This document shows positions 10,990 through 24,315 of a stretch of 53,333 nucleotides of DNA, in pieces; position 1 is the first letter of the stretch; each line of letters starts with the position of its first letter. Origin of the DNA: Octopus bimaculoides (lineage: Eukaryota); contig NC_068981.1 of NCBI RefSeq assembly GCF_001194135.2, positions 123,770,979-123,824,311 of the forward strand. The letters are read 5' to 3'. Below the pieces are notes generated by a model. That model did not search any database. It saw only the letters and a list, made by a program, of their open reading frames with translations, and was not told the DNA's origin. Made by a program: the position numbers and the translations under genes.

Positions 10990-12649
10990 CACTGTGTTTG
11001 TTAGAGCTGTAGGAACATCAGATGAAATGCTTTGCAATGTTTAGTATTGTCTGATGCGTTCTGAGTTCGACTCCTCTTCAATCAACATTGCTTTTTACTC
11101 TTCTATTGTCAATATATGAAACACCTGTCCTAGGCGCTTGACTGGTAGAATCGGTAAAGTGTTAGATGAGTGGTAGCTGTTCTGTGTTGAGATGCTGCCG
11201 TGATTTAATTTTTTAGATGTAGCCCGTCACCAGATTCAGTACCACCACATGGTCTTTGGTTGCTGTTATAGACACAGACACACGCGCGCGCGCGCGCGCG
11301 CGCGCGCACACACACACACACACATTCACATACCCCCACTTTTACATACACACACATATATTCATACAGAGTTGAAACGCTGATTTATTTTTTCAGCGTA
11401 CAATTTTCATCATCCCACTACCAAGTATGACATCACCTATTCATTATTCGTTTATTACCCGTTTCTTTCTCATTCATAAACACAAGAGTATTATCATAGT
11501 AAATTATCTCGGTAACCATGGGAGCTATGAAAAAAATACAAAGCCCAGCAACACCACCGTCTCATTCTACACATCTGTGTAATTTTTCGCGCAGTTCCAC
11601 TCAGCCGTTTGACCGTGAATCCCAAGAAAAGAAAATATACAAGAAAGAATCGCCCATGTCAAATTTATATCTATAGATTTATTCAGTACTTTTATAGTTG
11701 CACAAACATATGTATCTCCGTTTTCACAAGAGTCTTGTGTAAATATCATCAGCTAATGAGCTGTAATTCAGACGCTTGCTTCAAAGACGCTCTTTTGTGA
11801 TAATAGTACATAGCATCACTTATTGGCTGTATTCTCTCCATGATATAAGTCTTGTTATTGAGAATTTTCATTCCCGAGAGATCCACAAATTCTTCATCAG
11901 TGCAAAGTTTAATGGTATACGGCCAGTAGAGAAACTGCATCACTGCATCTTTTAATTGCGAAATATGAACCAAAATGCTTGCAGCAGCTGCGAATTCTTC
12001 AGTGCGATGTAAGATTTTCTACTTTCTCATAAAATACTATTGATTTCCCTCTAACTTGATATTTGAAATTTCTCTTCCAACCCATTTCACTATCATTTAA
12101 TTCTTTTAATCTTTGTCTTCTTAAAAGTGTTGCTATTTGAAGTCTTTGATAAATTCAGCGTGTGATCTTTATAATTCATGAATATAGCATTATATATATT
12201 TGATTTATATTATATTACATAATTTTTGTTTCTAAATTATTGAACTGTTAAAGGATTTATGGCATTATCAATAAAAGAATTGTAAATGTTTTTACAGATC
12301 TTTATTTGAAAGTAAACGATACCAAGTATGTTCGCATAAGACCCTTACTTCAAACTTTAGAGCCACTTTACATTGTTATTTCCTTCAAAACAAAGGTTCG
12401 CATCACTCTAACCACCAAGGGCTCTAATTGTCAGATTGAAGTTTTATTTTGAAATAAAAATGAAATTTTGCCAAGCTCAAACAGCCACTAGACAGTAAAA
12501 AAAAAACATGAGGAAATGAAAACTGCAAAAAATGAAAGCTGAAAAGTATTAAGTAGTTTTATGATGTTATAATTCTGTCTAATCATTCATAAGTATTTAA
12601 TGCTACAGAAATTTATCTTGGCTGACATCGCCAGTGTGTTAGTTGCAGG

Positions 12650-14560
12650 ACCAATTGCTGTTTAAGAGTCAGATTTTTCAAGGAAATAAAGCATAATAAA
12701 ACTGAATGTCAAAAGGCAAGAAAATACAGGTAACTTATACCTGGTGCGATTCAGTATTACAATGTTGGTTTCTTAGTGTCATAAAATATTATAAGAGAAT
12801 AATTTTGTCAGGCGGATGCCCTCCACATAAAAGTGGTTTCTTTGAATTCAAAGTACTTAAAATATAGTAAAAGACTGTTTGTATAATGGATTTAAGAATT
12901 TTCTCTGTATGTCAACACAGTGTCAGATATTTTTCACAGAATTTTTTATGTCATAAATATTTTAGCTACTCAAAACATTCTATTGCATGGTAAAAAGAAA
13001 TCCTACACAAAGTGAAAAGCAATTTTGGAAATATTTTAGACATATTACTAAACCTGCTAACAGCTTTAATCCTTTCATGAAATTGTATTTCGCTATGTGG
13101 AAAAAACTCTTGGAATAATATTGCTGAATGAACATATTCAACAGACAGCTTTACTGTTTGCCAGAAATTGCTACATAACATTCGTAAGGGCACACATTTT
13201 GGCCTCATATTTGATTCTGCTTCAAATCAATGACATCAGAGCAAATGGCAGAAAGAGTTCAATATATTGATATTGAGGCTTTTCTTAGTTATCCAATTAA
13301 AACGAAGGCATCAGAAAACACGGGCTTAGTAATTTTGGAATAACTCGTAAAAGACGAAACGTCATGATGATGATGCAGTTATGGCTGATTATATAAATGG
13401 TGTTCAACATAGGATTAATGAAAAACATTGCAAAGTGGTTTTCTGTAAACTGCGGTAATCATTCTCTCAGAGTGATTGAAGTGCGTGCTACTAACCAAGA
13501 TGTATTAGTGCTAACCATTCGTTATCAAAAGCCGAAATATGCTATGCTAATAGCCGTATGAATCTGAAAATCGATGGCGTTCCAAGCCAGACATTATGAA
13601 ACTTGTTCATGAATAAATTGATATCAAAGTACAAGTTTTGTAAAACACTCTGATGATAAAAATTAAACTAAGGTGTAACTCCAGGTTCGGGCGTTATCAA
13701 ATGTGAACTTTTAATTCCTTTGTTATGTCTGGATTCTGTGATATAATTCTTATTCAAATTGAACATGTTCTAAGAAGACCCTATGAACATACTCTGAACT
13801 TACATGATACTTCTGGTGAATAAAAGTCTTTTCAAGGATATTTTTATATATACTTGAAAATCCTTTATCGAGGATCATTTGAAATTGTGTTGTAATTACG
13901 TGATGAATGGGATATTCAATTAGAAGAACTACCCAAAAACAAATACCTGGGGAAAACCAAGAATTTAAAGTTAACAGCGAAGAAGGAAATGAAATGAAAA
14001 AGCTGACCGTCTCCTTTAGAAAACCTGAGAAAGATTCAAGACTAAAACAGAAAATTTTAATAATTTTTACATAAAAATTACAGTTTGACACGAATTAAAG
14101 CTACAGTTTTAATAATGCTAAAGAAAATTCATCTTAAACTTAAGTAGTTTTATAGCAGTAATATATACAGATTTGAGCTTTATGACGAAATTTTAGATTA
14201 TAAAATGCTTTTGAAATGTCGCCCAAATATTACGACTTCAAAGGCTAAGACGATACTTAAGTTTATTGTGCAGTATGGAGATGAAACTTTCGTTTTCTCT
14301 TTCAAACTTAGGGGTAGCTGTTCTTCACATAACGCTCACTATTGCAATTTTAAAAATTAGTTGTTAGTAATCTCTCAACCATTTGAAATTATTGTTTGAG
14401 AACTGTATAGAGCAAATTAAGACTATTGGCTTCAGACTAGTTCGATAACGATAAACCGATAATGAAAATACATATATTGATGATGCTATTAAAGTATCAC
14501 CAACTGTATTGGCTCAAAATGAAATTCAAAATTATTCATAAAAATAGTTTTAAAATAAGT
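12650..14560 (+). mobile_element. hAT (Ac/ZMYM1-like) transposase fossil, many stops and frameshifts
   Basis: HFGLIFDSA (~13190; YFSIIFDST-like first D), DDAVMA..NGVQHRINEK..CGNHSL (13370-13470; CxxH motif), an RW motif (~13572), and a C-terminal FxNL..A..ITLTIA dimerisation-like region (~14290-14350). Termini not resolved. Confidence 0.8.
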
Positions 14561-14699
14561 AAAGCAAACACTTCCTTTAATATATCATATAATTAGAATG
14601 TTTTCATTTCAGTAAAAATTCACAGATTTCGGTATTTTGTTAGAAATGCATAAAAATATTTGATCTACATTTTATGTTTCATATCTCAGTTGCACATTG

Positions 14700-14804
14700 A
14701 TCGCCTGAGAGATAGCAGTGGAGAGCGTGGTAGTTGGTTTTCGGTGCTTTGGCCGATCTGGGAGAATATTACCATCATGCAAGTGTATATGCCAGCGATT
14801 GAAT

Positions 14805-14837
<33 letters not shown>

Positions 14838-16032
14838 CAGATGAGGATTTCTATGAGGATCTGGAGAAAAGAATCATCTGGCAACTCCTTAAAAAATGCT
14901 CTTACCATCCTAGGAGACTGAAACCCCAAAGTAGGCCCAGGTAACATAACCAATTAAACAAGACAGTGGAATGAATCGAGATCAGAGAAACCAATGATCG
15001 TGGATTGCGACACACGAGCTGACCCTAAGCAATACACCTCTTCCATACAAGACCTTGCGCAGAACAATTTGTCATGCACATAATGACATGACTCCCAATC
15101 AAATTGACTTCATCCACGCACCTCAAATGTTCAAGTCCCGCATTAATAAAACTAGAACTAGGAAGGTGAACGGCAGACAAGCAAGAGTGTTTACTGTCTC
15201 CTGTGTTTTTCAAATTTGTTCCACCCCTGTGTCTCCATAGGTGGACGGCTTGTCTCCAACCTGTGTTTTGCTGATCATATCAACGTGTTAGAAAGCAGTG
15301 AAGCAGAACTCCAGGAGTCCACCACCAGTGGAAAAGTATCTGAAGCAAGCGGCTTGATGATCAACCGAGAAAAGAGATAAGGTCCTGGGTAACAGTCGCA
15401 ATCAAAACACCGAAACCTACATCAAGCTGAACGGAGAGAGACTTGACGAAGGCGATCATCTTCGATTACCTTGTATCCACTTTGGACAAAGACGGCAGAT
15501 CGCAAAAGAAGATCACAATAAGACTCAGCTTGTTGAGCACCATATATTCTCAACAAAACTCAAAGTGTACAAGTCCCTGGTAACTCCAGCCCTTCTGTGA
15601 GAGTTGTACTCTTGCAAGTAACAGAGAACAAAGAATCCTGGCATCTGGACACAAATGCGTCAGAAGGCAGCTAGGCCTTATAGAGACAACAAAACGAACA
15701 GCTTTGCCAGGCAGCAAGTCAGTAGCAACACTGACAGATAGGAAACACTCCATGCGCAGGTGTAAAGACGAAAGCATGCCTGGTAGGTCACGTATCTCGG
15801 CACAACTCCTAGTCCAAAATCATCCTCTAGGACACAGATTAAAGAGCGCGAAAGAGCGACAAACAGAAAAAAACTTGGTCTGATAGCATTACGGACAAGC
15901 ATCACAATACCGCAAAGCTGTTACCCATGAGAGAGAACAAAAAACAGACACCAGCGGCGACAGCTGACTGCAAGTGTCTGGAGTGGCACCACAAGGGCTA
16001 ACTGCAACATTTCAGGGAGTTTGATGATTATG
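14700..16032 (+). mobile_element. RTE-clade LINE remnant: APE endonuclease joined to RT C-terminal half (internal deletion)
   Basis: NITIMQVYMP..EDFYEDLE..TILGD*NPKVG, HNDMTPNQIDFIHAPQMFKSRIN (APE), then GRLVSNLCFADHINVLESSEAELQ (RT YADD region, ~15258). Ends near TTGATGATTATG. Confidence 0.85.
14807..14836 (+). repeat. (GAT)10 microsatellite inside the RTE endonuclease frame
   Basis: Encodes Y-D10-ADEDFYE in frame with the APE motifs. Confidence 0.9.
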
Positions 16033-16064
16033 TTTCAGACAGATAGATAGATAGATATATACAA

Positions 16065-16124
<60 letters not shown>

Positions 16125-16245
16125 TCATGTATACATACGCATGGTTAATCAAGTGTGTGTGTGTAACTTTTTCACATAAAATATATTTCTTAAAAGTATA
16201 TAAAATTCCCTTCGCGTATGGCTTTAAGCAGTACAATAGAAATTA

Positions 16246-17160
16246 CTGTTTTTGCCCACGTATATGATGCAGTCTCGCTGTTTTCAAGGTTGTTTTGTAG
16301 GGGGGGAGGTAAACAATTTTAGTATGTTTCATCATAAAATCATTGAAAGATATTTTAATTGGTTTTGTAGGGGAAATTGTTTATGTACGTGAAAACAATT
16401 TTGTGAAAATATATTAGAATAATGCACGAAACCATACAACGCAACTTCACAATAACCTTTGAAGGAAACTAAATTAAAATTGCTATAGCAAAACAGAAAT
16501 ACATTGATATAATGAATCCTGGTACATGCAAACAAAAGCAAATATATTGGTAAAAACTGGAACAAAACAACCAGGAAGGTAAAATAAATGTGAATGTATT
16601 TCTATAGGAAACTATAGTACATGCACACAAAGCAAAATTTCATTGAATATTAGTGTACAGCAAGCAGCAGGAAAAAAGAAACTGAATGCGTTCTAACTGA
16701 TGTTGGTAGTTCAGTGAACAGCATATGTTACTCTACACTGCAAGCAACCACAAAAAGTATTAAAAAATTATGGTAAAGGTTACCTTAATCATTGCATTCA
16801 AAATGTAAATCAGCATCACAAAGTCTGAAAGTTTATTCTCACATTTACCATTGATACTACTCTCTTCATCACTGGAAATTTGTACAATGTGGGTGATCAA
16901 TATCTTCTTCAAACAGTAAATCATTCTCAGGACCATCAAGGGTATTATTAATGCCGTAATTTTAAAATAATTTCACAACTACATCTTCTTTTACAACATT
17001 CCATGAACTTTTTACCTAAGCATGCAATTGTGTTAGGCCACTTCCTTCTCCCTGTTGGTGTTACTGCAGAATCTAAAGAGTGTAACTGACTGGTTACAAC
17101 ACTTGGAATTCCAGCTGGGTTTTCAACTCTCTGATATTTAGCTCTCGCCATATATTTAAG
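16246..17160 (-). mobile_element. pogo/Tigger-like transposon remnant (DDE_1 C-terminus)
   Basis: AGIPSVVTSQLHSLDSAV (matches VIPGGLTSQLQPLDVSV), TPTGRRKWP, and VVKLF*NYGINNTLDGPENDLLFE (matches KSFKKCGISNALDG.EDD). A TIR-like TA|CTGTTTTTGCCCACGTATATGATGC lies at 16246. Confidence 0.75.
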
Positions 17161-17493
17161 TGTTACAACTTATTATAGTTCCTAGTAGATGACTTAAGGA
17201 TATTTTTGAATACATTTTGATTATATATTTCTTGTTTCGCTTCTTTGTCTGTTTCTGGGTGATTTATATAATATAATAAATATTCTTCATATCAAAAACA
17301 ACTACATATGCATAAATAAACTACAACAGACTTTTTTGTGCTTGTGCGTGTTGAAAAGTGTTTGCACACAAAAACATATCCATATATACACGCACGCACA
17401 CATAGATGGAATTATAGATAAACGATTGATTGCTTCTCTGCTTCTTCAAGAACCACCAAAGGAAACATTGAAACATTTCGTTATATTTACCAG

Positions 17494-17541
<48 letters not shown>

Positions 17542-17950
17542 TTATGCATGACATATAGTATACATGCAGATTTACATGTGTATGTGTCTGCCTTTATGTG
17601 TCCGAGAATATAGAGCTGTATGAANNNNNNNNNNNNNNNNNNNNNNNNNNNNNNNNNNNNNNNNNNNNNNNNNNNNNNNNNNNNNNNNNNNNNNNNNNNN
17701 NNNNNNNNNNNNNNNNNNNNNNNNNNNNNNNNNNNNNNNNNNNNNNNNNNNNNNNNNNNNNNNNNNNNNNNNNNNNNNNNNNNNNNNNNNNNNNNNNNNN
17801 NNNNNNNNNNNNNNNNNNNNNNNNNNNNNNNNNNNNNNNNNNNNNNNNNNNNNNNNNNNNNNNNNNNNNNNNNNNNNNNNNNNNNNNNNNNNNNNNNNNN
17901 NNNNNNNNNNNNNNNNNNNNNNNNNNNNNNNNNNNNNNNNNNNNNNNNNN

Positions 17951-17996
<46 letters not shown>

Positions 17997-18488
17997 TGTG
18001 TATGTTTGAGTACACTTATTATCTCTCACACTGCCTCTCTCTATCTCTCTCTCTCCCTTATATATCATTTGTTTTGTTCTTTATTCTCTCCAACTTTCTA
18101 TGGGACTCCTGATTATTAAACATATACAAACGCTTCATCCAAATGTAAAATTTTGTATTATTTGATTCTCTGTTTGAAGAGTTCCTACATATTTCTCCTA
18201 CACCGACAATTTTGTAACTCCTCTTAACAATATTGAAGCATGTGTAATGGTGAATAATCATATCAATTTTATTTTAGTCTCCTGTTTTGGGAATTTTCAA
18301 CTCTTATGCATACTTTATACAAATATAACATCTACATACGACTTTGAAGCACTGGAATAAGCAGATGTGCTTCAAGAGGACACGGCTTAGATTTTAACCC
18401 TCCCTACATTGTATTACACACATATATTATATGTATATATATACACTACATATAAATCAAAATAAGCAACACGGATTTTAAAGATGAT

Positions 18489-18576
18489 TGCAGTACGCAC
18501 GTTTCATGCTACTCCATTTATTTAAGTAATGCAAGCATTACATTAAATGCAATATGTAGAGCAATCTTCAGCTGCA
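18489..18576 (-). ncRNA. Type I hammerhead ribozyme motif with intact core
   Basis: tgcag-CTGAAGA-[59-nt stem II region; tgct/agca base]-GAAA-cg-tg-cg-TA-ctgca. It has a 5-bp stem I, the conserved core, a minimal stem III and a GUA triplet. Confidence 0.75.
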
Positions 18577-18836
18577 CAAAAATGTATAAAATTACAGTAG
18601 AATAGACATATTATAATTGTGGCAACATTTAAAATCCAAGTGGGAAGAAGAATACATAAAAATCCATCTTGACATAGCCAAGGCTATCACTAGCCTGATA
18701 GCCTTGGCTATGTCAAGATGGATTTTTATGTATTCTTCTTCCCACTTGGATTTTAAATGTTGCCACAATTATAATATGTCTATTCTACTGTAATTTTATA
18801 CATTTTTGTGCAGCTGAAGATTGCTCTACATATTGC
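18549..18836. repeat. Perfect inverted repeat, 141-bp arms, 6-nt spacer
   Basis: 18549-18689 is the exact reverse complement of 18696-18836. The spacer is CTAGCC and the right arm runs into an N gap. Confidence 0.95.
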
Positions 18837-19324
18837 NNNNNNNNNNNNNNNNNNNNNNNNNNNNNNNNNNNNNNNNNNNNNNNNNNNNNNNNNNNNNNNN
18901 NNNNNNNNNNNNNNNNNNNNNNNNNNNNNNNNNNNNNNNNNNNNNNNNNNNNNNNNNNNNNNNNNNNNNNNNNNNNNNNNNNNNNNNNNNNNNNNNNNNN
19001 NNNNNNNNNNNNNNNNNNNNNNNNNNNNNNNNNNNNNNNNNNNNNNNNNNNNNNNNNNNNNNNNNNNNNNNNNNNNNNNNNNNNNNNNNNNNNNNNNNNN
19101 NNNNNNNNNNNNNNNNNNNNNNNNNNNNNNNNNNNNNNNNNNNNNNNNNNNNNNNNNNNNNNNNNNNNNNNNNNNNNNNNNNNNNNNNNNNNNNNNNNNN
19201 NNNNNNNNNNNNNNNNNNNNNNNNNNNNNNNNNNNNNNNNNNNNNNNNNNNNNNNNNNNNNNNNNNNNNNNNNNNNNNNNNNNNNNNNNNNNNNNNNTGT
19301 GTATGTATGTATGTATACATACAA

Positions 19325-19353
<29 letters not shown>

Positions 19354-19355
<2 letters not shown>

Positions 19356-20228
19356 GGGTGCGATGGGTTAATTGTCGTCATTTTATATTTAATTTCGCGC
19401 GTGCACTTTTTTTATTTTCTCGACTACACGGTATAGTAGGGTCAGTTCGGCACTGTCTGTGAGAAAAGCTGCACCATTACGCAATTCACTCTTCCAGAAA
19501 TTTGGAAATGATATACTGGAAATGATATGCTTCGCATTCGCGCCCGAAGCTCCACTACGAACATTTCAGGAGAGTGCAGAGGATTCAGAAAAAGTTGTAT
19601 GAGTCTAATGGTGATTACAATGGCACGGCAGCTCGGAAAGCTCACTCTGGTCGTTCTGATGAGAAAAGAACTCCTGAGTTTGTTGGTGAGATCTAGGCCA
19701 TGATTGACAACGATCCCTCCAAGTCAATCAGGTCCATCACCAGGGAGATGGGAGTGTCTGAGTTTCTAATCAGGCGGGTAGTGCATGAAGACTTTCGGTA
19801 TTCCTCATTCTAGATGGGAAAGGGCCAATTTTTATCCTAAGCCATCAAGGCCAAGAGAAAAGACCGCGCTACGAAACTTTTGAACAAACTCAAGCATTCC
19901 CTCCAAATGAACATGCTTTGGTTTGTCTCAAAGGAGAAAACTTTTTGGCAGGATCAGATGGTGAACACACAGATCAACCGTTGCCATTCCGTGTGCCAAA
20001 AACATGTGCCGAGAGTGATAAAAATTAAACAACCAGTCAACATCATGTTGTTTGGAGTGATCACTAGTGATGGCGACGTTATGCCTCCATTCATCTTCCC
20101 ACGTGGCCTCAGACCCAACACGGAGGCCTACGTCAAATACCTGGAGGAAGTAGTGCTGCCCTGGGTCAAAAGGGTGGTTGCTGGAGGTCCCTGTGTCTGG
20201 CAACAGGATTTTGCCTCATGCCACACAA
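19354..20228 (+). mobile_element. Tc1/mariner transposon (maT/DD37D-like), 3' part lost in gap
   Basis: Starts TA|TAGGGTGCG. HTH region RTPEFVGEI*AMIDNDPSKSIRSITREMGVS. Catalytic region WFVSKEKTF (FSDEKxF), MLFGVITSDG..PPFIF, WQQDFASCHT (QQDSAPCHT). The third catalytic residue is in the gap, so the subfamily is inferred. Confidence 0.85.
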
Positions 20229-20878
20229 GCAGGGGAACCCAGTCATGGNNNNNNNNNNNNNNNNNNNNNNNNNNNNNNNNNNNNNNNNNNNNNNNNNNNN
20301 NNNNNNNNNNNNNNNNNNNNNNNNNNNNNNNNNNNNNNNNNNNNNNNNNNNNNNNNNNNNNNNNNNNNNNNNNNNNNNNNNNNNNNNNNNNNNNNNNNNN
20401 NNNNNNNNNNNNNNNNNNNNNNNNNNNNNNNNNNNNNNNNNNNNNNNNNNNNNNNNNNNNNNNNNNNNNNNNNNNNNNNNNNNNNNNNNNNNNNNNNNNN
20501 NNNNNNNNNNNNNNNNNNNNNNNNNNNNNNNNNNNNNNNNNNNNNNNNNNNNNNNNNNNNNNNNNNNNNNNNNNNNNNNNNNNNNNNNNNNNNNNNNNNN
20601 NNNNNNNNNNNNNNNNNNNNNNNNNNNNNNNNNNNNNNNNNNNNNNNNNNNNNNNNNNNNNNNNNNNNNNNNNNNNNNNNNNNNNNNNNNNNNNNNNNNN
20701 NNNNNNNNNNNNNNNNNNNNNNNNNNNNNNNNNNNNNNNNNNNNNNNNNNNNNNNNNNNNNNNNNNNNNNNNNNNNNNNNNNNNNNNNNNNNNNNNNNNN
20801 NNNNNNNNNNNNNNNNNNNNNNNNNNNNNNNNNNNNNNNNNNNNNNNNNNNNNNNNNNNNNNNNNNNNNNNNATATAT

Positions 20879-20879
<1 letters not shown>

Positions 20880-20963
<84 letters not shown>

Positions 20964-20987
20964 GAGGGAGAGAGATAGGTAGATAGG

Positions 20988-21072
<85 letters not shown>
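20880..21072 (+). repeat. (GATA)n tetranucleotide array
   Basis: Direct tandem repeat with a few GAGA/GGTA interruptions. Confidence 0.95.
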
Positions 21073-21249
21073 GCATATATGGATAGATACAGGACGTCAC
21101 CAACAATAAACAATATGAAGTACGAAAACAAATGAGTTAAATGCGCAAACAACGAGAGAAAAAATGGAAAGCAAGACAAGTAACACAAAGAAAGATACTT
21201 CATCAGTTGTTGGCTGTCTATCTACTCCTCATTTCCAGCATTCATACAC

Positions 21250-21400
21250 CACGGGCTTTCAGTCTCTGTCAGCTAAATGCATTCACAAGGCTTTGCTCGA
21301 GCCGATGCTATGCCAGACGACACTCAAATAAGTAACACACAGAGAGACCGAATCCAGAATCATATGGTTGGGTAGCAAACTTTTTACCACACAGCCACGC
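21250..21400 (-). mobile_element. SINE family A head, degraded
   Basis: CACAAGGCTTTG..ATGGTTGGGTAGCAAAC..ACCACACAGCCAC, colinear with 1990-2145. Confidence 0.7.
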
Positions 21401-21448
<48 letters not shown>

Positions 21449-22637
21449 GTGTGTATGTGTGTGTGTGTTTATATGTGTGTTTGTATGTATAAATGTATGC
21501 ATACATGCATAATAATGTAATATGTATACACGTATGCAAAAGCATGCATGCATGTGTGTATGAACGTGTTTGCTGCAATCATCCTGGAATAATAATGGCT
21601 ACATTCTGCCAAATATACCTCAATCATTTCAAGGCCGATTGATGGACCTAATGCCGTATTCAAATATAATCTGCAATTCAATCTCATTCGAGATTTTGTT
21701 GTTCTCCTATGTACTGACATCTTCAGTCCACTTGCTGTAAGGCTGCAGGTTGGATGGGTCACATGTATCAAGCATCACTGATGTGATGTGAGCCTAAGGA
21801 GATGGTTTTGTTTATATGACGTCAGTAAGAATATATATTGGTTCATACTTTTGTTACAATTGATATTATGTAGGTACGTATATATGCATTTGTCTCTAAC
21901 AGCATTTTTTTATGTAAGTATGTATACATATACAAATGTATGAATAATGTTGAATATTACTAAGTATAGACGTGCCTGCAGTTGTGTGCGTATGTATTCA
22001 AATGTATGAATGCGTACAGATGTTTCGCTAGGTGTATAAATATATTATATATACGTTTACGCGTGTATATCTATGCATTTATACACATACAAATTGATAC
22101 TTGTAATGTTTAATATCACTAAACATGATTGTAAATGTGCCTGTGTGCTTGCGTGTATGCAAATGTATTGCTTGGTTATATATGTTTGGGTGTGTTAAAT
22201 GTATTATATATACATGTTTGTGTGTATACATTTACCTGTAAATACATATAGATATATGTATGTGCGTGTTTGTGTATGTTTGTATATATANNNNNNNNNN
22301 NNNNNNNNNNNNNNNNNNNNNNNNNNNNNNNNNNNNNNNNNNNNNNNNNNNNNNNNNNNNNNNNNNNNNNNNNNNNNNNNNNNNNNNNNNNNNNNNNNNN
22401 NNNNNNNNNNNNNNNNNNNNNNNNNNNNNNNNNNNNNNNNNNNNNNNNNNNNNNNNNNNNNNNNNNNNNNNNNNNNNNNNTATATATATATATATATATA
22501 TACATATATACATATATATATGTATATATTATATTCATATATGAATATGCATATACATATATAAACATGTATATATATGTATATATGTGTGTGGGCATAA
22601 AAATAAATATATATAAACCTATATATATATATGTATG

Positions 22638-22750
<113 letters not shown>

Positions 22751-23109
22751 TACTGAGTGTATATGTGTGTAAGAGTTATCCTTCAATGACGCTACACTAT
22801 GCACCATCCGTTAATCTAGTTCTACTTCCACCAATCCAATAATCACTGAGTCAGGTAGCTGGAAGATATTTTCACGTGAGTCGATAAGTTGATTGATGAT
22901 TCATTGTGACGGTAATCTATGTCAGGAACATAGAATAACTTTTATTTATGATCGAATATTCTAATTCGCTTTCAACAATATTCTTTGTGTCTCATAGTCG
23001 TAATGATTCCCATTCAAATGATATTTGACTTTGTTATTCCATACAACACTGTGAATTTTTACCAGTATTTTCTGATAACTGAAGCGATTCCAGAACGTAT
23101 CTGTGTCGT

Positions 23110-23258
23110 TCAGAAGGTCTCTTTGCAACCATGTGATTTTGAGCTCAGTCTACAGCGTAGATCCTTCGACACGTATGTTTTACTATATCTGAGGTCCGAG
23201 CGATGTTGCTTGAATGAATTTTGTAAACGGAAAATCTGTAGAATCCAGTCGTAAATTG

Positions 23259-23335
<77 letters not shown>

Positions 23336-24265
23336 NNNNNNNNNNNNNNNNNNNNNNNNNNNNNNNNNNNNNNNNNNNNNNNNNNNNNNNNNNNNNNNNN
23401 NNNNNNNNNNNNNNNNNNNNNNNNNNNNNNNNNNNNNNNNNNNNNNNNNNNNNNNNNNNNNNNNNNNNNNNNNNNNNNNNNNNNNNNNNNNNNNNNNNNN
23501 NNNNNNNNNNNNNNNNNNNNNNNNNNNNNNNNNNNNNNNNNNNNNNNNNNNNNNNNNNNNNNNNNNNNNNNNNNNNNNNNNNNNNNNNNNNNNNNNNNNN
23601 NNNNNNNNNNNNNNNNNNNNNNNNNNNNNNNNNNNNNNNNNNNNNNNNNNNNNNNNNNNNNNNNNNNNNNNNNNNNNNNNNNNNNNNNNNNNNNNNNNNN
23701 NNNNNNNNNNNNNNNNNNNNNNNNNNNNNNNNNNNNNNNNNNNNNNNNNNNNNNNNNNNNNNNNNNNNNNNNNNNNNNNNNNNNNNNNNNNNNNNNNNNN
23801 NNNNNNNNNNNNNNNNNNNNNNNNNNNNNNNNNNNNNNNNNNNNNNNNNNNNNNNNNNNNNNNNNNNNNNNNNNNNNNNNNNNNNNNNNNNNNNNNNNNN
23901 NNNNNNNNNNNNNNNNNNNNNNNNNNNNNNNNNNNNNNNNNNNNNNNNNNNNNNNNNNNNNNNNNNNNNNNNNNNNNNNNNNNNNNNNNNNNNNNNNNNN
24001 NNNNNNNNNNNNNNNNNNNNNNNNNNNNNNNNNNNNNNNNNNNNNNNNNNNNNNNNNNNNNNNNNNNNNNNNNNNNNNNNNNNNNNNNNNNNNNNNNNNN
24101 NNNNNNNNNNNNNNNNNNNNNNNNNNNNNNNNNNNNNNNNNNNNNNNNNNNNNNNNNNNNNNNNNNNNNNNNNNNNNNNNNNNNNNNNNNNNNNNNNNNN
24201 NNNNNNNNNNNNNNNNNNNNNNNNNNNNNNNNNNNNNNNNNNNNNNNNNNNNNNNNNNNNNNNNN

Positions 24266-24315
<50 letters not shown>

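Noticed and set aside
20880-21072. Regular short repeats as a CRISPR array
   Set aside because: These are pure tandem SSRs with no unique spacers, in a eukaryotic context with no cas genes.
21180-21240. Hammerhead at minus-strand CAACTGATGAAG
   Set aside because: No compatible stem II/GAAA arrangement in type I or type II topology.
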